A stretch of 64,000 nt of DNA from Rhodobiaceae bacterium (GTDB lineage Bacteria > Pseudomonadota > Alphaproteobacteria > Rhizobiales > JAKPQE01). The notes under the pieces were generated by a model, which made no database searches, was not told the DNA's origin, and saw nothing but the letters and a program-made list of their open reading frames with translations. Positions 46,766 through 57,627 of this stretch are shown piece by piece. The DNA lies in the NCBI GenBank assembly GCA_028278505.1, contig JANQEG010000074.1, forward strand, positions 3,175 to 67,174, read 5' to 3'. The stretch's first letter is position 1. Each line of letters starts with the position of its first letter. A program made the translations under genes and the position numbers.

Positions 46766-47644
46766 TCAGTCGTCGAGGCGCCGGCAGATCTCGTCGAGCT
46801 GTTCGAGCGAGCGGTACTTTATCCGCACTTCGCCGCCCTTGGCCTTGTGCCGGATATCGACCACCAGGCCGAGAGCCTCGCCGAGGCGGGCTTCAAGCGC
46901 GCGCGTATCCGCGTCCTTCTCCACGGCCCTCCTCGTGCCGCTGCCCGCTTTACGCTTTTTCGCCAAAGCTTCCGCGTTGCGAACATTAAGATTTTGATTT
47001 AAAATGATTTTGGCTATTTCTTCCGGATCCGAAACGGAAACCAGTGCGCGCGCATGTCCGGCCGACAGCCGGCCTGTGGTGATCTCCGCCTTGACCGACT
47101 CCGGCAGTTTCAAAAGGCGCAGCGTATTGGCGACGTGGCTGCGGCTCTTGCCGATGCTCTCGGCCAGTTCGGCTTGGGTATATGTGAACTCATCGATCAG
47201 CTGCTGATAGCCCATCGCCTCTTCCAGCGCATTGAGGTCGCTGCGCTGGACATTCTCGATAATGGCGAGTTCCAGCGCCTCCTGGTCGGAGACCTCCTGG
47301 ATGTAGACCGGGATCTCGTGCACCCCGGCGCGCTGGGCGGCGCGCCAGCGCCGTTCGCCGGCAATGATCTCGAAGCTCTCCGATTCGCCGGCCACCGGCC
47401 GCGCCAGCACCGGCTGCACCACGCCGCGCTCGCGGATCGAATTGGCGAGCTCGGCAAGCTCCTCGGCATTGAACGTCTTGCGCGGATTTCGGGGATTGGG
47501 CCGCAGGAATTCGACCGGCAGCCGGCGCTGGGTGCGGGCCCGGTCGATCGCGCCGACTTCTGAATCCACATCGCCGATCAATGCCGCCAGACCGCGGCCG
47601 AGTCGCCGTCGGGGGTTTTCCTCTGCCATCGCTGCCATTTCCAC
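46766..47644 (-). CDS. parB: chromosome partitioning protein ParB
   Basis: RRLGRGLAALIG, GERRWRAA and an HTH region. Confidence 0.95.
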   Translation of the reverse strand: MEMAAMAEENPRRRLGRGLAALIGDVDSEVGAIDRARTQRRLPVEFLRPNPRNPRKTFNAEELAELANSIRERGVVQPVLARPVAGESESFEIIAGERRWRAAQRAGVHEIPVYIQEVSDQEALELAIIENVQRSDLNALEEAMGYQQLIDEFTYTQAELAESIGKSRSHVANTLRLLKLPESVKAEITTGRLSAGHARALVSVSDPEEIAKIILNQNLNVRNAEALAKKRKAGSGTRRAVEKDADTRALEARLGEALGLVVDIRHKAKGGEVRIKYRSLEQLDEICRRLDD

Positions 47645-47708
47645 CTCTATATTTCGGGTGCGAATCGATTCCCGAAATCCCTGGGTTTGAACAGGTTTTC
47701 CCGGGCCA

Positions 47709-48530
47709 TCAGGCCGCCCGCAGCTTTTTCTCCCGCTGGATGATCTCTGAGGCGAGTTTCAGATAGGACTGGCTGCCGGGACAGTTCAGATCGTAGAGCA
47801 GAACCGGCTTGCCGTAGGACGGCGCCTCGGACACCCGGACATTGCGCGGGATCACCGTCTCATAGACCGCCTTGCCCAGATAGTCGCGGACATCGGCAAC
47901 GACCTGGTTGGCGAGATTGTTGCGGCCGTCGAACATGGTGAGCACCACGCCGTGGATCGACAGAGGCGGGTTGAGCGCCGTCTTGACCTGCTCGACCGTC
48001 TGCAGAAGCTGGCTCAGGCCTTCGAGCGCGAAGAACTCGCATTGCAGCGGCACCAGCACCGAATGGGCCGCGGCCATGGCGTTGATCGTCAACAGGTTCA
48101 GCGATGGCGGGCAATCGACCAGCACATAGTCGAAATGCTGGGCCCGATCATCGACCATCCGCCCCGCATGACGGGAAATCGCATTGCGCAGCTTGGTCGC
48201 ACGGTCCGGCTCTTCGGCGATTTCCAGTTCGACGCCGAGCAGGTCGAGGGTCGACGGCGCCACCGAAAGCCGCGGCACCGCGGTCGCCATCGCCGTCTCG
48301 GCCAGGCTCGCCTGCCCGGTCAGGACGTCATATGTCGAGACCTTGCGGTCGCGCCGGTCGATGCCGAGACCGGTCGACGCGTTCCCCTGCGGATCGAGGT
48401 CGACGACGAGAACCCGCTCACCGATCGCCGCAAGCGCGGTGCCGAGATTGATCGCGGTGGTCGTCTTGCCGACACCGCCTTTCTGATTGGCGATCGTGAT
48501 CACCCGGGGATGCTGCGGCAGCGCGTTCAT
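47709..48530 (-). CDS. parA: chromosome partitioning ATPase ParA
   Basis: VITIANQKGGVGKTTTAINL deviant Walker A. Start at the internal ATG 48530. Confidence 0.95.
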   Translation of the reverse strand: MNALPQHPRVITIANQKGGVGKTTTAINLGTALAAIGERVLVVDLDPQGNASTGLGIDRRDRKVSTYDVLTGQASLAETAMATAVPRLSVAPSTLDLLGVELEIAEEPDRATKLRNAISRHAGRMVDDRAQHFDYVLVDCPPSLNLLTINAMAAAHSVLVPLQCEFFALEGLSQLLQTVEQVKTALNPPLSIHGVVLTMFDGRNNLANQVVADVRDYLGKAVYETVIPRNVRVSEAPSYGKPVLLYDLNCPGSQSYLKLASEIIQREKKLRAA

Positions 48531-49216
48531 GGACCAGGCCTCGGCACAAGCGGTTGAAGATCTGCGATTCTGATAATGGTGCCGCCGGAATCGACGGCAC
48601 TTTCGGTTTTTAACAGATCGAGCGCCCAATATTTAGTGCATTCTCGATACTCGACCTCAAAATCTTGACCTTTGTGGAAAACCGCGACGGCACCTCGCCT
48701 GATCAGCGGATAGCTCCAGTCGCACAAGGTTTTGAGGGGCGCGAGCGCTCTTGCGGTCACCACATCGGCCGGTTTCGGCCAGTTCGGGACCAGGTCTTCG
48801 ATCCGCCCGCAATGAACCTTGGCCGGAAGCCGCAATTCGGTGACGACGGCGCGCAGAAACGCCGCCTTCTTGCCGTTCGATTCGATCAGGTCGACCCGGG
48901 CACCGGGGCGATCCGCAATCAGGATGGCAATGACGATCCCGGGAAACCCGCCGCCGCTGCCGAGATCGACCCATCGCTTCGCCTCGGGTTCCATAGGCAC
49001 GATCTGCGCCGAATCGGCGATGTGCCGCGACCACACCTGATCGAGCGTTTTCGCCGAGACAAGATTGTGGGTGCGCTGCCAGCGCCGCAAAAGCGCGACG
49101 AAGCGTTCGAGCTGCTCCACTGTTTCACGTGAAACAGTGCCGAGGCCGGCCACCGCGGAGAGGATGTCGGGGCCCTCCTTCGCCCCATCGATTTGTGTCG
49201 TGCAATCAGTAGACAT
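48527..49216 (-). CDS. rsmG: 16S rRNA (guanine527-N7)-methyltransferase RsmG (GidB)
   Basis: VDLGSGGGFPGI SAM motif. Overlaps the parA start. Confidence 0.9.
   Translation of the reverse strand: MSTDCTTQIDGAKEGPDILSAVAGLGTVSRETVEQLERFVALLRRWQRTHNLVSAKTLDQVWSRHIADSAQIVPMEPEAKRWVDLGSGGGFPGIVIAILIADRPGARVDLIESNGKKAAFLRAVVTELRLPAKVHCGRIEDLVPNWPKPADVVTARALAPLKTLCDWSYPLIRRGAVAVFHKGQDFEVEYRECTKYWALDLLKTESAVDSGGTIIRIADLQPLVPRPGP
49121..49136. promoter_or_regulatory. parS site (perfect TGTTTCACGTGAAACA), inside rsmG
   Basis: Exact 16-bp palindrome matching the canonical parS consensus. Confidence 0.85.
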
Positions 49217-49262
49217 CAGGAAATACGGCCATCATTCCGGCTTCGAATCGAATCCTGCTCGC

Positions 49263-51149
49263 TCACGCCGGCGTCTTCGCCCGCCCGCCGCGATCGCCGC
49301 GGACATGGGCGAGCAGCACCGATATCGCCGCCGGCGTCACCCCCTCGATCCGCGCCGCCTGGCCAAGGGTGGCCGGGCGTATCGCCGCAAGCTTCTGCCG
49401 TGTCTCGATCGACAGGCCGGGCAGCGCCTCATAGGCCAGATCGTGCGGCAGCAACCGGCCTTCATCCTTGCGGAACGCGGCAATGTCCGCCGCCTGCCGA
49501 TCCAGATAGACCGCGTACTTGGCTTCGATCTCGACCTGGTCACGGCACCATTGCGGTACGCCGGCGAATTCGGGCCAGATCTCGATGATCTTCGCCCACG
49601 CCGTATTCGGCATGCCAATCAAGTCAAATGCGGTTCGCCGCACCCCATCGCGGTTTATTTCGAGTCCGAATCGACGCGCGCCGTCCGGCGTGATATCCCG
49701 CGCCCTGGCCAGCGCGATCGCGCTCGACAAGGCGGCCCGGCTCTTGTTGTAGGCCGCCATTCGCTCGGCCCCGACGATCCCCGCTGACCGGCCGAATTCG
49801 GTCAGCCGCTGGTCCGCATTGTCGGCCCGACAGGTCAGCCTATATTCCGCCCGCGAGGTAAACATGCGGTAGGGCTCCGACACCCCCCGCGTCACCAGAT
49901 CGTCGACCATCACCCCGAGATAGCCGCGCGCCCGGTCGATCGTCATCGGATCGGTGCCGCCCGCTCGGCGGGCCGCGTTCATCCCGGCGAGCAGGCCCTG
50001 CGCCGCCGCCTCCTCATAGCCGGTGGTGCCGTTGATCTGGCCGGCGAGAAAAAGCCCCGCCACCTTCATCGTCTCAAGGCTCGGGTTGAGCCGGCGCGGA
50101 TCGACATAGTCGTATTCGATCGCGTATCCGGGCCGGATAATCCGAACCTGCTGAAGGCCCGGGATCGTTCGCACGAACGCCTCCTGAACATCTTCCGGCA
50201 GCGACGTGGAAATACCGTTCGGATAGACCGTGTGATCATAGAGGCCTTCTGGTTCGAGAAAGATCTGATGGCTTTCACGATCGGCAAACCGCACGATCTT
50301 GTCCTCGATCGAGGGACAATAGCGCGGGCCCCGGCTTTCGATCTGCCCCGAATAGATCGGCGACCGCTCGACATTGCGGGCAATCAGTCCATGGGTCTCC
50401 GCTGTCGTCCGTGTGATATGGCAGTCGACCTGGGGCGTCTCGATCCGATCCGTCACCGCCGAAAACGGGACCGGGATCAAATCGCCCGCCTGTCGCGCCA
50501 GCACCGAATAGTCGATGCTGCGCCCGTCGAGCCGCGGCGGCGTACCGGTCTTCAAGCGACCGAGCGCGAAGCCGAACCGGTCCAATGTCGCCGACAGGCC
50601 GAGCGCCGGTGCCTCGTCAATACGGCCCGCCGGCCACGACTTTGCACCGATATGGATCGTGCCGCGGAGAAACGTCCCCGTGGTCAGCACGACGGCGCCC
50701 GCGCCGATCCGCCGGCCGTCCGCCAGCACCACGCCGCAGGCCCGGCCGGCATTGTCGATCTCGATATCCTCGACCTCCGCTTCAAGCACCGTCAGTCGGC
50801 AAACTTGCCGAAGCGCTTGCTGCATTTCCCGGCGATAGAGATGACGGTCGGCCTGGCCGCGCGGGCCCCGCACCGCCGGACCCTTGCGGCGGTTGAGCAC
50901 CCGGAACTGGATGCCGGCCTTGTCGATCACCCGACCCATCAGACCGTCGAGTGCATCGACCTCGCGCACGAGATGGCCCTTGCCGAGACCGCCGATCGCC
51001 GGATTGCACGACATCGCCCCAATCGTGTCGAACCGATGGGTGATCAAGGCGGTCCGGGCACCGAAGCGTGCGGATGCGGCCGCGGCCTCGCAGCCCGCAT
51101 GGCCGCCGCCGATCACCACCACATCAAATCCGATAAAACCCTTATCCAT
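49263..51149 (-). CDS. mnmG: tRNA uridine-5-carboxymethylaminomethyl modification enzyme MnmG (GidA)
   Basis: [19 protein letters not shown] motif. 628 aa, full-length family match. Confidence 0.95.
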   Translation of the reverse strand: MDKGFIGFDVVVIGGGHAGCEAAAASARFGARTALITHRFDTIGAMSCNPAIGGLGKGHLVREVDALDGLMGRVIDKAGIQFRVLNRRKGPAVRGPRGQADRHLYRREMQQALRQVCRLTVLEAEVEDIEIDNAGRACGVVLADGRRIGAGAVVLTTGTFLRGTIHIGAKSWPAGRIDEAPALGLSATLDRFGFALGRLKTGTPPRLDGRSIDYSVLARQAGDLIPVPFSAVTDRIETPQVDCHITRTTAETHGLIARNVERSPIYSGQIESRGPRYCPSIEDKIVRFADRESHQIFLEPEGLYDHTVYPNGISTSLPEDVQEAFVRTIPGLQQVRIIRPGYAIEYDYVDPRRLNPSLETMKVAGLFLAGQINGTTGYEEAAAQGLLAGMNAARRAGGTDPMTIDRARGYLGVMVDDLVTRGVSEPYRMFTSRAEYRLTCRADNADQRLTEFGRSAGIVGAERMAAYNKSRAALSSAIALARARDITPDGARRFGLEINRDGVRRTAFDLIGMPNTAWAKIIEIWPEFAGVPQWCRDQVEIEAKYAVYLDRQAADIAAFRKDEGRLLPHDLAYEALPGLSIETRQKLAAIRPATLGQAARIEGVTPAAISVLLAHVRGDRGGRAKTPA

Positions 51150-51198
51150 TTCGTCCCGTTGTCATTCCGCCTGCGAATCGATCGGCACTATCCCTCAA

Positions 51199-51214
51199 TG
51201 TTTCACGTGAAACA
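51199..51214. promoter_or_regulatory. parS site (perfect TGTTTCACGTGAAACA), mnmG-mnmE intergenic
   Basis: Second exact copy of the 16-bp palindrome. Confidence 0.85.
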
Positions 51215-51230
51215 TCGAACGCTCCAGCGG

Positions 51231-52571
51231 TCACTTGCCGATACAGAACTCCCGGAATATCTCATCGAGGATATCCTCGACGTCGATCTTTCCGGTAATC
51301 CGGCCGAGCGCATCGCTCGCGCGGCGCAGCTCCTCCGCCTTCAATTCCCAGCCCTCCGCGCGTCCAAGACCGAGCGCCGCCTTCAGATTATCCCGACAGT
51401 TCTCAAGCGCCAGCCGATGCCGTTCCCTGGTAATCACCGGGGAGGAGTCGCTCCCCATCGTTTCGCCAACGAATCGACCGATGTTTTCCGTCAGCCTGTC
51501 GAGCCCCTGTCCGGTCTTTGCCGATATCATATGGAGGTTTTCCCCGGAATATCGACGACCCGACTCTTTTGCCGACGCCAGATCGACCTTGTTTATCACG
51601 GTCCAGACATTCGGCCCGGCTTCCTCCGGCGGAGCTTCCTCCGCCATATCCCAGCCATTCATCCATAACACGAGATCGGCACCTGCGCCCGTCGCCAGCG
51701 CTCTCGATATCCCCTCCGCCTCGATCCGATTCTCCGGCGCCCTGATCCCGGCCGTGTCCATCACATCGACCCGATAGCCGCCGAGATTCATCCGCACGCT
51801 GAGCACATCCCGCGTCGTCCCGGCTTCTTCGGTGACGATGGCGACATCCGAGCGGGCCAGACGATTGAGCAGGCTCGACTTGCCGACATTGGGCGGGCCC
51901 ATCAGCGCGATCCGGAATCCGTCCCTGATCCGCTCGCCGATCCGCCCCCGATCGAGCTCCGCGCCAATCTCGCCTAACAGCCTCCTGATATCCCCTTCTA
52001 GCGCCTGCTCGGCTACGTCGATCCCGTCCTCTTCCTCGGCAAAGTCGAACGCCGCCTCGAGCGCCGCCCGCAGCTTGACGATGCGCGCGCGCCAATCGGC
52101 GTAGACCGCACCGGTTTCCCCCTCCAGCTCTAGCAGCGCCTGGCGCCGCTGCGCCTCGGTCTCGGCCTCGATCAGATCGGCGACCCCTTCGACCATGGTC
52201 AGATCCATCTTGCCGTGCTCAAACGCCCGCCGCGTGAACTCTCCCGGCTCGGCCATCCGAAACCCGTCAAGGTGCCCGAGCACCGCCAGGACGCGTCCGA
52301 CCACGGCAACACCACCATGCAGATGGAACTCAACCATGTCCTCGCCGGTGAAGCTCTTCGGCCCCGGGAACCACAAGACGATGCCCTCGTCGATAGCCGT
52401 GCCGTCACCCGGATCATTGAACCTTGTCCGCTCCGCCTTCCGCGGCTCCGGCATCTTTCCGATCATCGTTTCGATGGCGAATCGACAGCCCGGCCCGCTC
52501 AGCCGCACGATTGCGATCGCTGCCGGCAGCCCTCCCGTTGCCACCGCATAGACGGTTTCCGTCGAGAGCAT
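51231..52571 (-). CDS. mnmE: tRNA modification GTPase MnmE (TrmE)
   Basis: TVYAVATGGLPAAIAIVRLSG, GPPNVGKSSLLN and C-terminal FCIGK. Start at ATG 52571. Confidence 0.9.
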   Translation of the reverse strand: MLSTETVYAVATGGLPAAIAIVRLSGPGCRFAIETMIGKMPEPRKAERTRFNDPGDGTAIDEGIVLWFPGPKSFTGEDMVEFHLHGGVAVVGRVLAVLGHLDGFRMAEPGEFTRRAFEHGKMDLTMVEGVADLIEAETEAQRRQALLELEGETGAVYADWRARIVKLRAALEAAFDFAEEEDGIDVAEQALEGDIRRLLGEIGAELDRGRIGERIRDGFRIALMGPPNVGKSSLLNRLARSDVAIVTEEAGTTRDVLSVRMNLGGYRVDVMDTAGIRAPENRIEAEGISRALATGAGADLVLWMNGWDMAEEAPPEEAGPNVWTVINKVDLASAKESGRRYSGENLHMISAKTGQGLDRLTENIGRFVGETMGSDSSPVITRERHRLALENCRDNLKAALGLGRAEGWELKAEELRRASDALGRITGKIDVEDILDEIFREFCIGK

Positions 52572-52707
52572 GTCGGCGCTTCCCTTCGCTTGAAAGGCCC
52601 GGATGATATCGTTGATGTCGGTTCGGAGCCGAATCAAATCCGTCCTTTTTCCCAGAACGGAATTCAGACTTTTCCATCAACTCAGATAACACAATATTTT
52701 CAATATA

Positions 52708-53973
52708 TTATGTATTCATAGAATCAAAAAACTCGGAATTGCCCTTGGTCTGCTTCAGCTTGTCGATGAGGAACTCGATCGCATCCACCGTGCCCATCGG
52801 ATTGAGGATCCGCCGCAGCACGTACATCTTCTTCAGCTCCGCCGGCGGCACCAGCAGTTCTTCCTTGCGCGTGCCGGAACGCTGAATATCCATCGACGGG
52901 AACACCCGCTTGTCCGACACCTTGCGATCGAGGATGATTTCCGAATTGCCCGTTCCCTTGAACTCTTCGAAGATGACTTCGTCCATGCGGCTGCCGGTAT
53001 CGATCAGCGCCGTGGCGATGATCGTCATCGAGCCGCCTTCCTCGATGTTACGCGCAGCGCCGAAAAAGCGCTTCGGACGTTGCAGCGCATTGGCATCAAC
53101 GCCGCCGGTCAGCACCTTGCCCGACGACGGCACGACGGTGTTGTAGGCGCGGCCGAGCCGCGTGATCGAATCGAGGAGGATGACCACGTCACGACCGTGC
53201 TCAACCAGCCGCTTGGCCTTTTCAATCACCATCTCGGCGACCTGGACGTGGCGCGCCGCCGGCTCGTCGAAGGTTGACGATATGACCTCGCCGCGGACCG
53301 AGCGCTGCATGTCCGTCACTTCTTCCGGGCGTTCGTCGATCAGCAGCACGATCAGATAGCACTCCGGGTGATTCGAGGTGATCGAATGGGCGATGTTCTG
53401 CAAAAGCACCGTCTTGCCGGTCCGCGGCGGTGCCACGATCAGCCCGCGCTGGCCCTTGCCGAGCGGCGCTACCAGATCGATCACCCGCGCCGACAGGTCC
53501 TTCACCGTCGGATCCTCCAGCTCCATGCGGAACCGCTCGTCCGGATAAAGCGGCGTCAGATTGTCGAAATGCACCTTGTGCCGGGCGTTCTCGGGGTCTT
53601 CGAAATTGATCGAGTTCACCTTCAGAAGCGCGAAATAGCGCTCGCCGTCCTTCGGGCTGCGGATCTGCCCCTCGACGGTGTCGCCGGTGCGCAGCGAAAA
53701 CCGCCTGATCTGCGACGGCGACACATAGATGTCGTCCGGCCCGGCGAGATAGTTCGCATCCGGCGAGCGCAGAAACCCGAAGCCGTCCTGCAGTACTTCG
53801 ACGACGCCTTCACCGATGATTTCGACATCATTCAGCGCCAGCTGCTTCAATATGGCGAACATCAGCTCCTGCTTGCGCATGGTGCTGGCGTTTTCGACCT
53901 CGAGTTCCTCGGCGAAGCTAAGCAGCTCGGTCGGAGATTTGGATTTGAGTTCCTGAAGTTTCATTTGTCGCAT
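52708..53973 (-). CDS. rho: transcription termination factor Rho
   Basis: GFGFLR, Walker A APPRTGKT and the full 421-aa family pattern. Confidence 0.95.
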   Translation of the reverse strand: MRQMKLQELKSKSPTELLSFAEELEVENASTMRKQELMFAILKQLALNDVEIIGEGVVEVLQDGFGFLRSPDANYLAGPDDIYVSPSQIRRFSLRTGDTVEGQIRSPKDGERYFALLKVNSINFEDPENARHKVHFDNLTPLYPDERFRMELEDPTVKDLSARVIDLVAPLGKGQRGLIVAPPRTGKTVLLQNIAHSITSNHPECYLIVLLIDERPEEVTDMQRSVRGEVISSTFDEPAARHVQVAEMVIEKAKRLVEHGRDVVILLDSITRLGRAYNTVVPSSGKVLTGGVDANALQRPKRFFGAARNIEEGGSMTIIATALIDTGSRMDEVIFEEFKGTGNSEIILDRKVSDKRVFPSMDIQRSGTRKEELLVPPAELKKMYVLRRILNPMGTVDAIEFLIDKLKQTKGNSEFFDSMNT

Positions 53974-54222
53974 CTACGCGAATTGGTGCAAGGATCACCG
54001 ATGATCCTGACGATATGGAGGGATGGAGCAGATCTTTGCCGCCGTTCGGATGGAACAAAAGCGAGCGGCGTCCCGTTTGCGACCGCATCGCCGCGTAACG
54101 CCCGTCTGCACGTGAGAGAAGTCTTACATAATATCTTTATCGATCAGCCACAAGCGTTTCTGTGTTCAATATCTCCGACAGATCGAATTCTTTCGCATTG
54201 AGTGTGAAGATGCCCTTACCGT

Positions 54223-54648
54223 TCAAAACGGCCTGACGACAACCATGATCACGATCACGATCATCAATATCGTCGGAACCTCGTTGATTACCCGATAAAA
54301 GCGCCCGGTGTGCGGGTTCCGGTCCTCGGCAAACAACCTGACCCAGCGCGCAAGCGCCATATGGTACCAGGTCAAGGCCGCCACGAGCGCGAGTTTGATG
54401 AGAAACCAGATATCGGTGAGGACGGCGATATCCCAGGCGACGTAAAGCCCGACCGCCCAGGACACGATCATCGCCGGATTCATGATCGCCTTCAGGAGCC
54501 GGCGCTCCATCACCTTGAACGTTTCCGACTGGACCGAACCGATCTCCGCATCGGCGTGATAGACAAAAAGCCGCGGCAGATAGAATATGCCGGCCATCCA
54601 GGCGATGACCGCCATGATGTGCAACGCCTTGAGGTAAAGATAGAGCAT
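54223..54648 (-). CDS. hemJ: protoporphyrinogen IX oxidase HemJ (UPF0093/CopD-like)
   Basis: MLYLYLKALHIMAVIAWMAGIFYLPRLFVYHA is a canonical HemJ N-terminus. 4 TM segments. Confidence 0.8.
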   Translation of the reverse strand: MLYLYLKALHIMAVIAWMAGIFYLPRLFVYHADAEIGSVQSETFKVMERRLLKAIMNPAMIVSWAVGLYVAWDIAVLTDIWFLIKLALVAALTWYHMALARWVRLFAEDRNPHTGRFYRVINEVPTILMIVIVIMVVVRPF

Positions 54649-54662
54649 GTCGCGGTTCCCGT

Positions 54663-55712
54663 TCAGTGCGCCCGGTCGCGCACCCGGGAGATCAGACGCT
54701 CGACGTTCTCGATCTTCGCTTCCGGCGTAATGCCATGACCCAGATTGACGATCAGCCGGCCGCCGCCGAGCGTCTGAAGCAGATCGTCAACATCCCGGTC
54801 AAGCGCCTCGCCGCCGCTGATCATCAGCATCGGGTCAACATTTCCCTGCACCGTGACCTTGCTCTGAAGATTGGTTCTCACCCAGTCCCGCGGCGTCGCC
54901 CAGTCGATGCCGATACCGTTCACCATCGTTTCGTTGACGAATCTATCCGCCTGCAGCGCCCCACCTTTCGGAAATCCGATGATCCGCGCATTCTCCACCT
55001 GCTGCCGTACCCCGGAAACGATCCTCTTCGTCGGCTCCGTCACCCAGCGCGCGAACTGCTCGGCGTTCAGCACGCCGGACCAGGTATCGAATATCTGAAC
55101 AGCCTCCGCCCCGGCCTTAAGCTGCGCCACGAGATATTCGATCGAAACCGCAACGAGCTTGTCGATCAGCGCATTCATGTCGTCCGGCCTCTGATAGGCA
55201 AAGACCCGCGCCGGCGCCTGATCGCTGGTGCCGTGGCCGGCGATCATATAGGTCGCCACCGTCCACGGCGCGCCGCAGAACCCTATCAGCGCAACCTCGT
55301 CCGGCAGCGCCTCCCTGATCCGCCCGACGGTCTCGATCACCGGGGCGAGATGCTCGACCGCGTTTCCTTCCTCAAGCGCTGAAATGCCTTCGCCATCGCG
55401 GATCGGCTGGAGAACCGGTCCGCGCCCTTCTTCAAAGGCAACGTTCTGTCCCATCGCATGCGGCACCACCAAAATGTCGGAGAACAATATCGCCGCATCC
55501 AGTCCGAAACGGCGTATCGGCTGCAGCGTCACCTCGCAGGCCAGTTCCGGCGTGTAGCAGAGATCGAGGAAGCCTTGCACTTCCTTCCTGACCGCCCGGT
55601 ATTCCGGAAGATAGCGGCCCGCCTGGCGCATCAGCCAGATCGGAGGAACGTCGAAGGATTCCCCGTCAAGCACGCGCAGCAGTTTCGGTTTTTCACCCGA
55701 CCGGTTCGACAC
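54663..55712 (-). CDS. hemE: uroporphyrinogen decarboxylase
   Basis: PIWLMRQAGRYLPEYR signature. Confidence 0.95.
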   Translation of the reverse strand: MSNRSGEKPKLLRVLDGESFDVPPIWLMRQAGRYLPEYRAVRKEVQGFLDLCYTPELACEVTLQPIRRFGLDAAILFSDILVVPHAMGQNVAFEEGRGPVLQPIRDGEGISALEEGNAVEHLAPVIETVGRIREALPDEVALIGFCGAPWTVATYMIAGHGTSDQAPARVFAYQRPDDMNALIDKLVAVSIEYLVAQLKAGAEAVQIFDTWSGVLNAEQFARWVTEPTKRIVSGVRQQVENARIIGFPKGGALQADRFVNETMVNGIGIDWATPRDWVRTNLQSKVTVQGNVDPMLMISGGEALDRDVDDLLQTLGGGRLIVNLGHGITPEAKIENVERLISRVRDRAH

Positions 55713-56120
55713 GGGAACACCTCTTATAAAAACAAGAATCTGGATTCTGATTTCTTCTTTTTCTTATTGCCGGTGGATTACCGTCATTCCCGGATTTCTA
55801 CAATGGGACGGCTCGATTTTCGATCCGTTTCAGCGGATTCCGCCAATTCCGGATCTTTTCCCCGGATTGGTTTCAAAAGAAACCATCCAATTTCTTCAAT
55901 ACCTTAAACCGAATCGAAGCCGACGTTTTTATCGATATCCTGTTGACATCCCTTGCAAATCTTTGTCCGGGCCGTCATATCCCCACACTTCTCAAGACCG
56001 GCTTGCCCGGTTCACAGAAAATAATTTTGTTGATTGAATCTGATTCAGATGGATCGATAGGTCGCACCGCAGATTCCCGGCGGTGTTTTCGACTCTCATC
56101 CACAAAACCGGAGTGCGGCT
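55713..56120. other. putative chromosomal replication origin (oriC)
   Basis: 408-bp gap, visibly AT-rich, at the conserved alphaproteobacterial hemE | DUF299-maf-aroE-coaE-dnaQ junction. It holds 8 GANTC sites. DnaA-box-like TCATCCACA lies at 56096-56104 and TAATCCACC (reverse strand) at 55772-55780. Four NATCCGG repeats. A/T-rich run at 55724-55768. Confidence 0.6.
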
Positions 56121-56954
56121 GTGAACAAGGTGGAGGATGGTTTCCATCTGCATCTGATTTCCGATGCGACCGGCGAAACGCTGTTGACCGTCGCCCGCGC
56201 CGCCGCCGCTCGCTACCCCTCGGTGCGGCCGATCGAGCACGTCTATCCGCTCGTGCGCAGCAAAAAGCACATCATGCGCATCTTCCGCGAGATTCAGAAC
56301 CTGCCCGGCATCGTTCTCTATACCCTGGTCAACCCGCAGCTCGGCGAGTTCGTCGAGACCATATCTCACGATGCCGGCATACCCTGTGTGTCGATTCTCG
56401 AGCCGGTGCTGTCCACCTTTCGCGCCCATCTCGGCGCGCCGGTGACGACCGAAATCGGCGCCCAGCATGCGCTCGATGCCGACTATTTCCGCCGCATCGA
56501 CGCTCTCAACTTCACCATGATGCACGATGACGGCATGCTGCCGCAAAACCTCGAAGAGGCTGATCTGATCATCGTCGGGATCAGCCGGACCTCAAAGACG
56601 CCGACGTCGATCTATCTCGCTAACCGCGGAATTAAGACGACGAACATTCCGATCATTCCCGAAATCCCGCTTCCCGAAAAGCTGTTTTCGGTCAAGCGGC
56701 CGCTTGTCGTCGCCCTCATCGCCACGCCGGAACGTATTGCTCTCATCCGCCAGAACCGCCTGCTCGCGCTGAATGCCGCCGACAGCGAATCCCCCTATGT
56801 CGACCGCAATTCGATCGCCAGCGAGATCGCCTTGACCCGCAAGCTCTGCGACGATCATGGCTGGCCGATCATCGATGTCACCCGGCGGTCGATCGAAGAA
56901 ACGGCTGCAGCAATCTATGCCCTCTACCAGGAGCATCGTGCTAACCTGCACTGA
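56121..56954 (+). CDS. pyruvate,phosphate dikinase / PEP synthetase regulatory kinase-phosphorylase (DUF299 family)
   Basis: FHLHLISDATGETL and P-loop-like GISRTSKTPTSIYLANRG. GTG start. Confidence 0.85.
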   Translation: MNKVEDGFHLHLISDATGETLLTVARAAAARYPSVRPIEHVYPLVRSKKHIMRIFREIQNLPGIVLYTLVNPQLGEFVETISHDAGIPCVSILEPVLSTFRAHLGAPVTTEIGAQHALDADYFRRIDALNFTMMHDDGMLPQNLEEADLIIVGISRTSKTPTSIYLANRGIKTTNIPIIPEIPLPEKLFSVKRPLVVALIATPERIALIRQNRLLALNAADSESPYVDRNSIASEIALTRKLCDDHGWPIIDVTRRSIEETAAAIYALYQEHRANLH

Positions 56955-57015
56955 ACAATCACCCGGCCGAAACCGCTCCCGATTCCTGACCCGCGACAGA
57001 CGGAACCCCGCGACG

Positions 57016-57627
57016 ATGACCGACAAAGAGGATGTCGATATCATTCTGGCGAGCAGAAGCCCGTCGCGCCAGGCGATTTTGAGCAATGCCGGGATCCCGT
57101 TTTCGGTCCATGTCTCCAATATCGACGAGCGCGCTGTCGAGGCGCCGCTGCTTGAGGCCGGATTTCCCGCCGACGACATCGCCCTTCTTCTCGCTGAGGC
57201 GAAGGCCGAAAAGGTCAGCATCGATTTTCCCGGGGCCTATGTCATCGGCGCCGATCAGGTGCTTGCCTTTGAGGACGACCGGTTGGTGAAACCGGAAACG
57301 ATGGAAGATGCCCGCCGTCAATTGCTGCGATTGCGCGGCCGCACCCACAGTCTTCATTCCGCGGTGGTCGTCGCGCGCGACGGCGAAACCAAATGGCACG
57401 AAATCTCCACCGCCCACATGACGATGCGCGATTTCGGACCGGAATATGTCGGCCGCTATCTCGCCAGCGCCGGCGAAGACGTGCTCGCGAGCGTCGGCGC
57501 TTACCGGCTCGAAGGGCTGGGCGTCCAGCTCTTCGACGAGATCGATGGCGACTATTTCACCATTCTCGGCCTGCCGCTCCTGCCCCTTCTCGGCTATTTG
57601 CGCGCCGAGGGGATCATCGAGGCATGA
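57016..57627 (+). CDS. maf: Maf-like nucleoside triphosphate pyrophosphatase
   Basis: IILASRSPSRQAIL...GADQV...SVGAYRLEG. Confidence 0.85.
   Translation: MTDKEDVDIILASRSPSRQAILSNAGIPFSVHVSNIDERAVEAPLLEAGFPADDIALLLAEAKAEKVSIDFPGAYVIGADQVLAFEDDRLVKPETMEDARRQLLRLRGRTHSLHSAVVVARDGETKWHEISTAHMTMRDFGPEYVGRYLASAGEDVLASVGAYRLEGLGVQLFDEIDGDYFTILGLPLLPLLGYLRAEGIIEA

Noticed and set aside
55713-56120. CtrA boxes (TTAA-N7-TTAA) in the putative oriC
   Set aside because: Only half-site-like matches were seen (for example ttaaaccgaatcgaa), and no full site was found by eye. This is left as an open question and not called.
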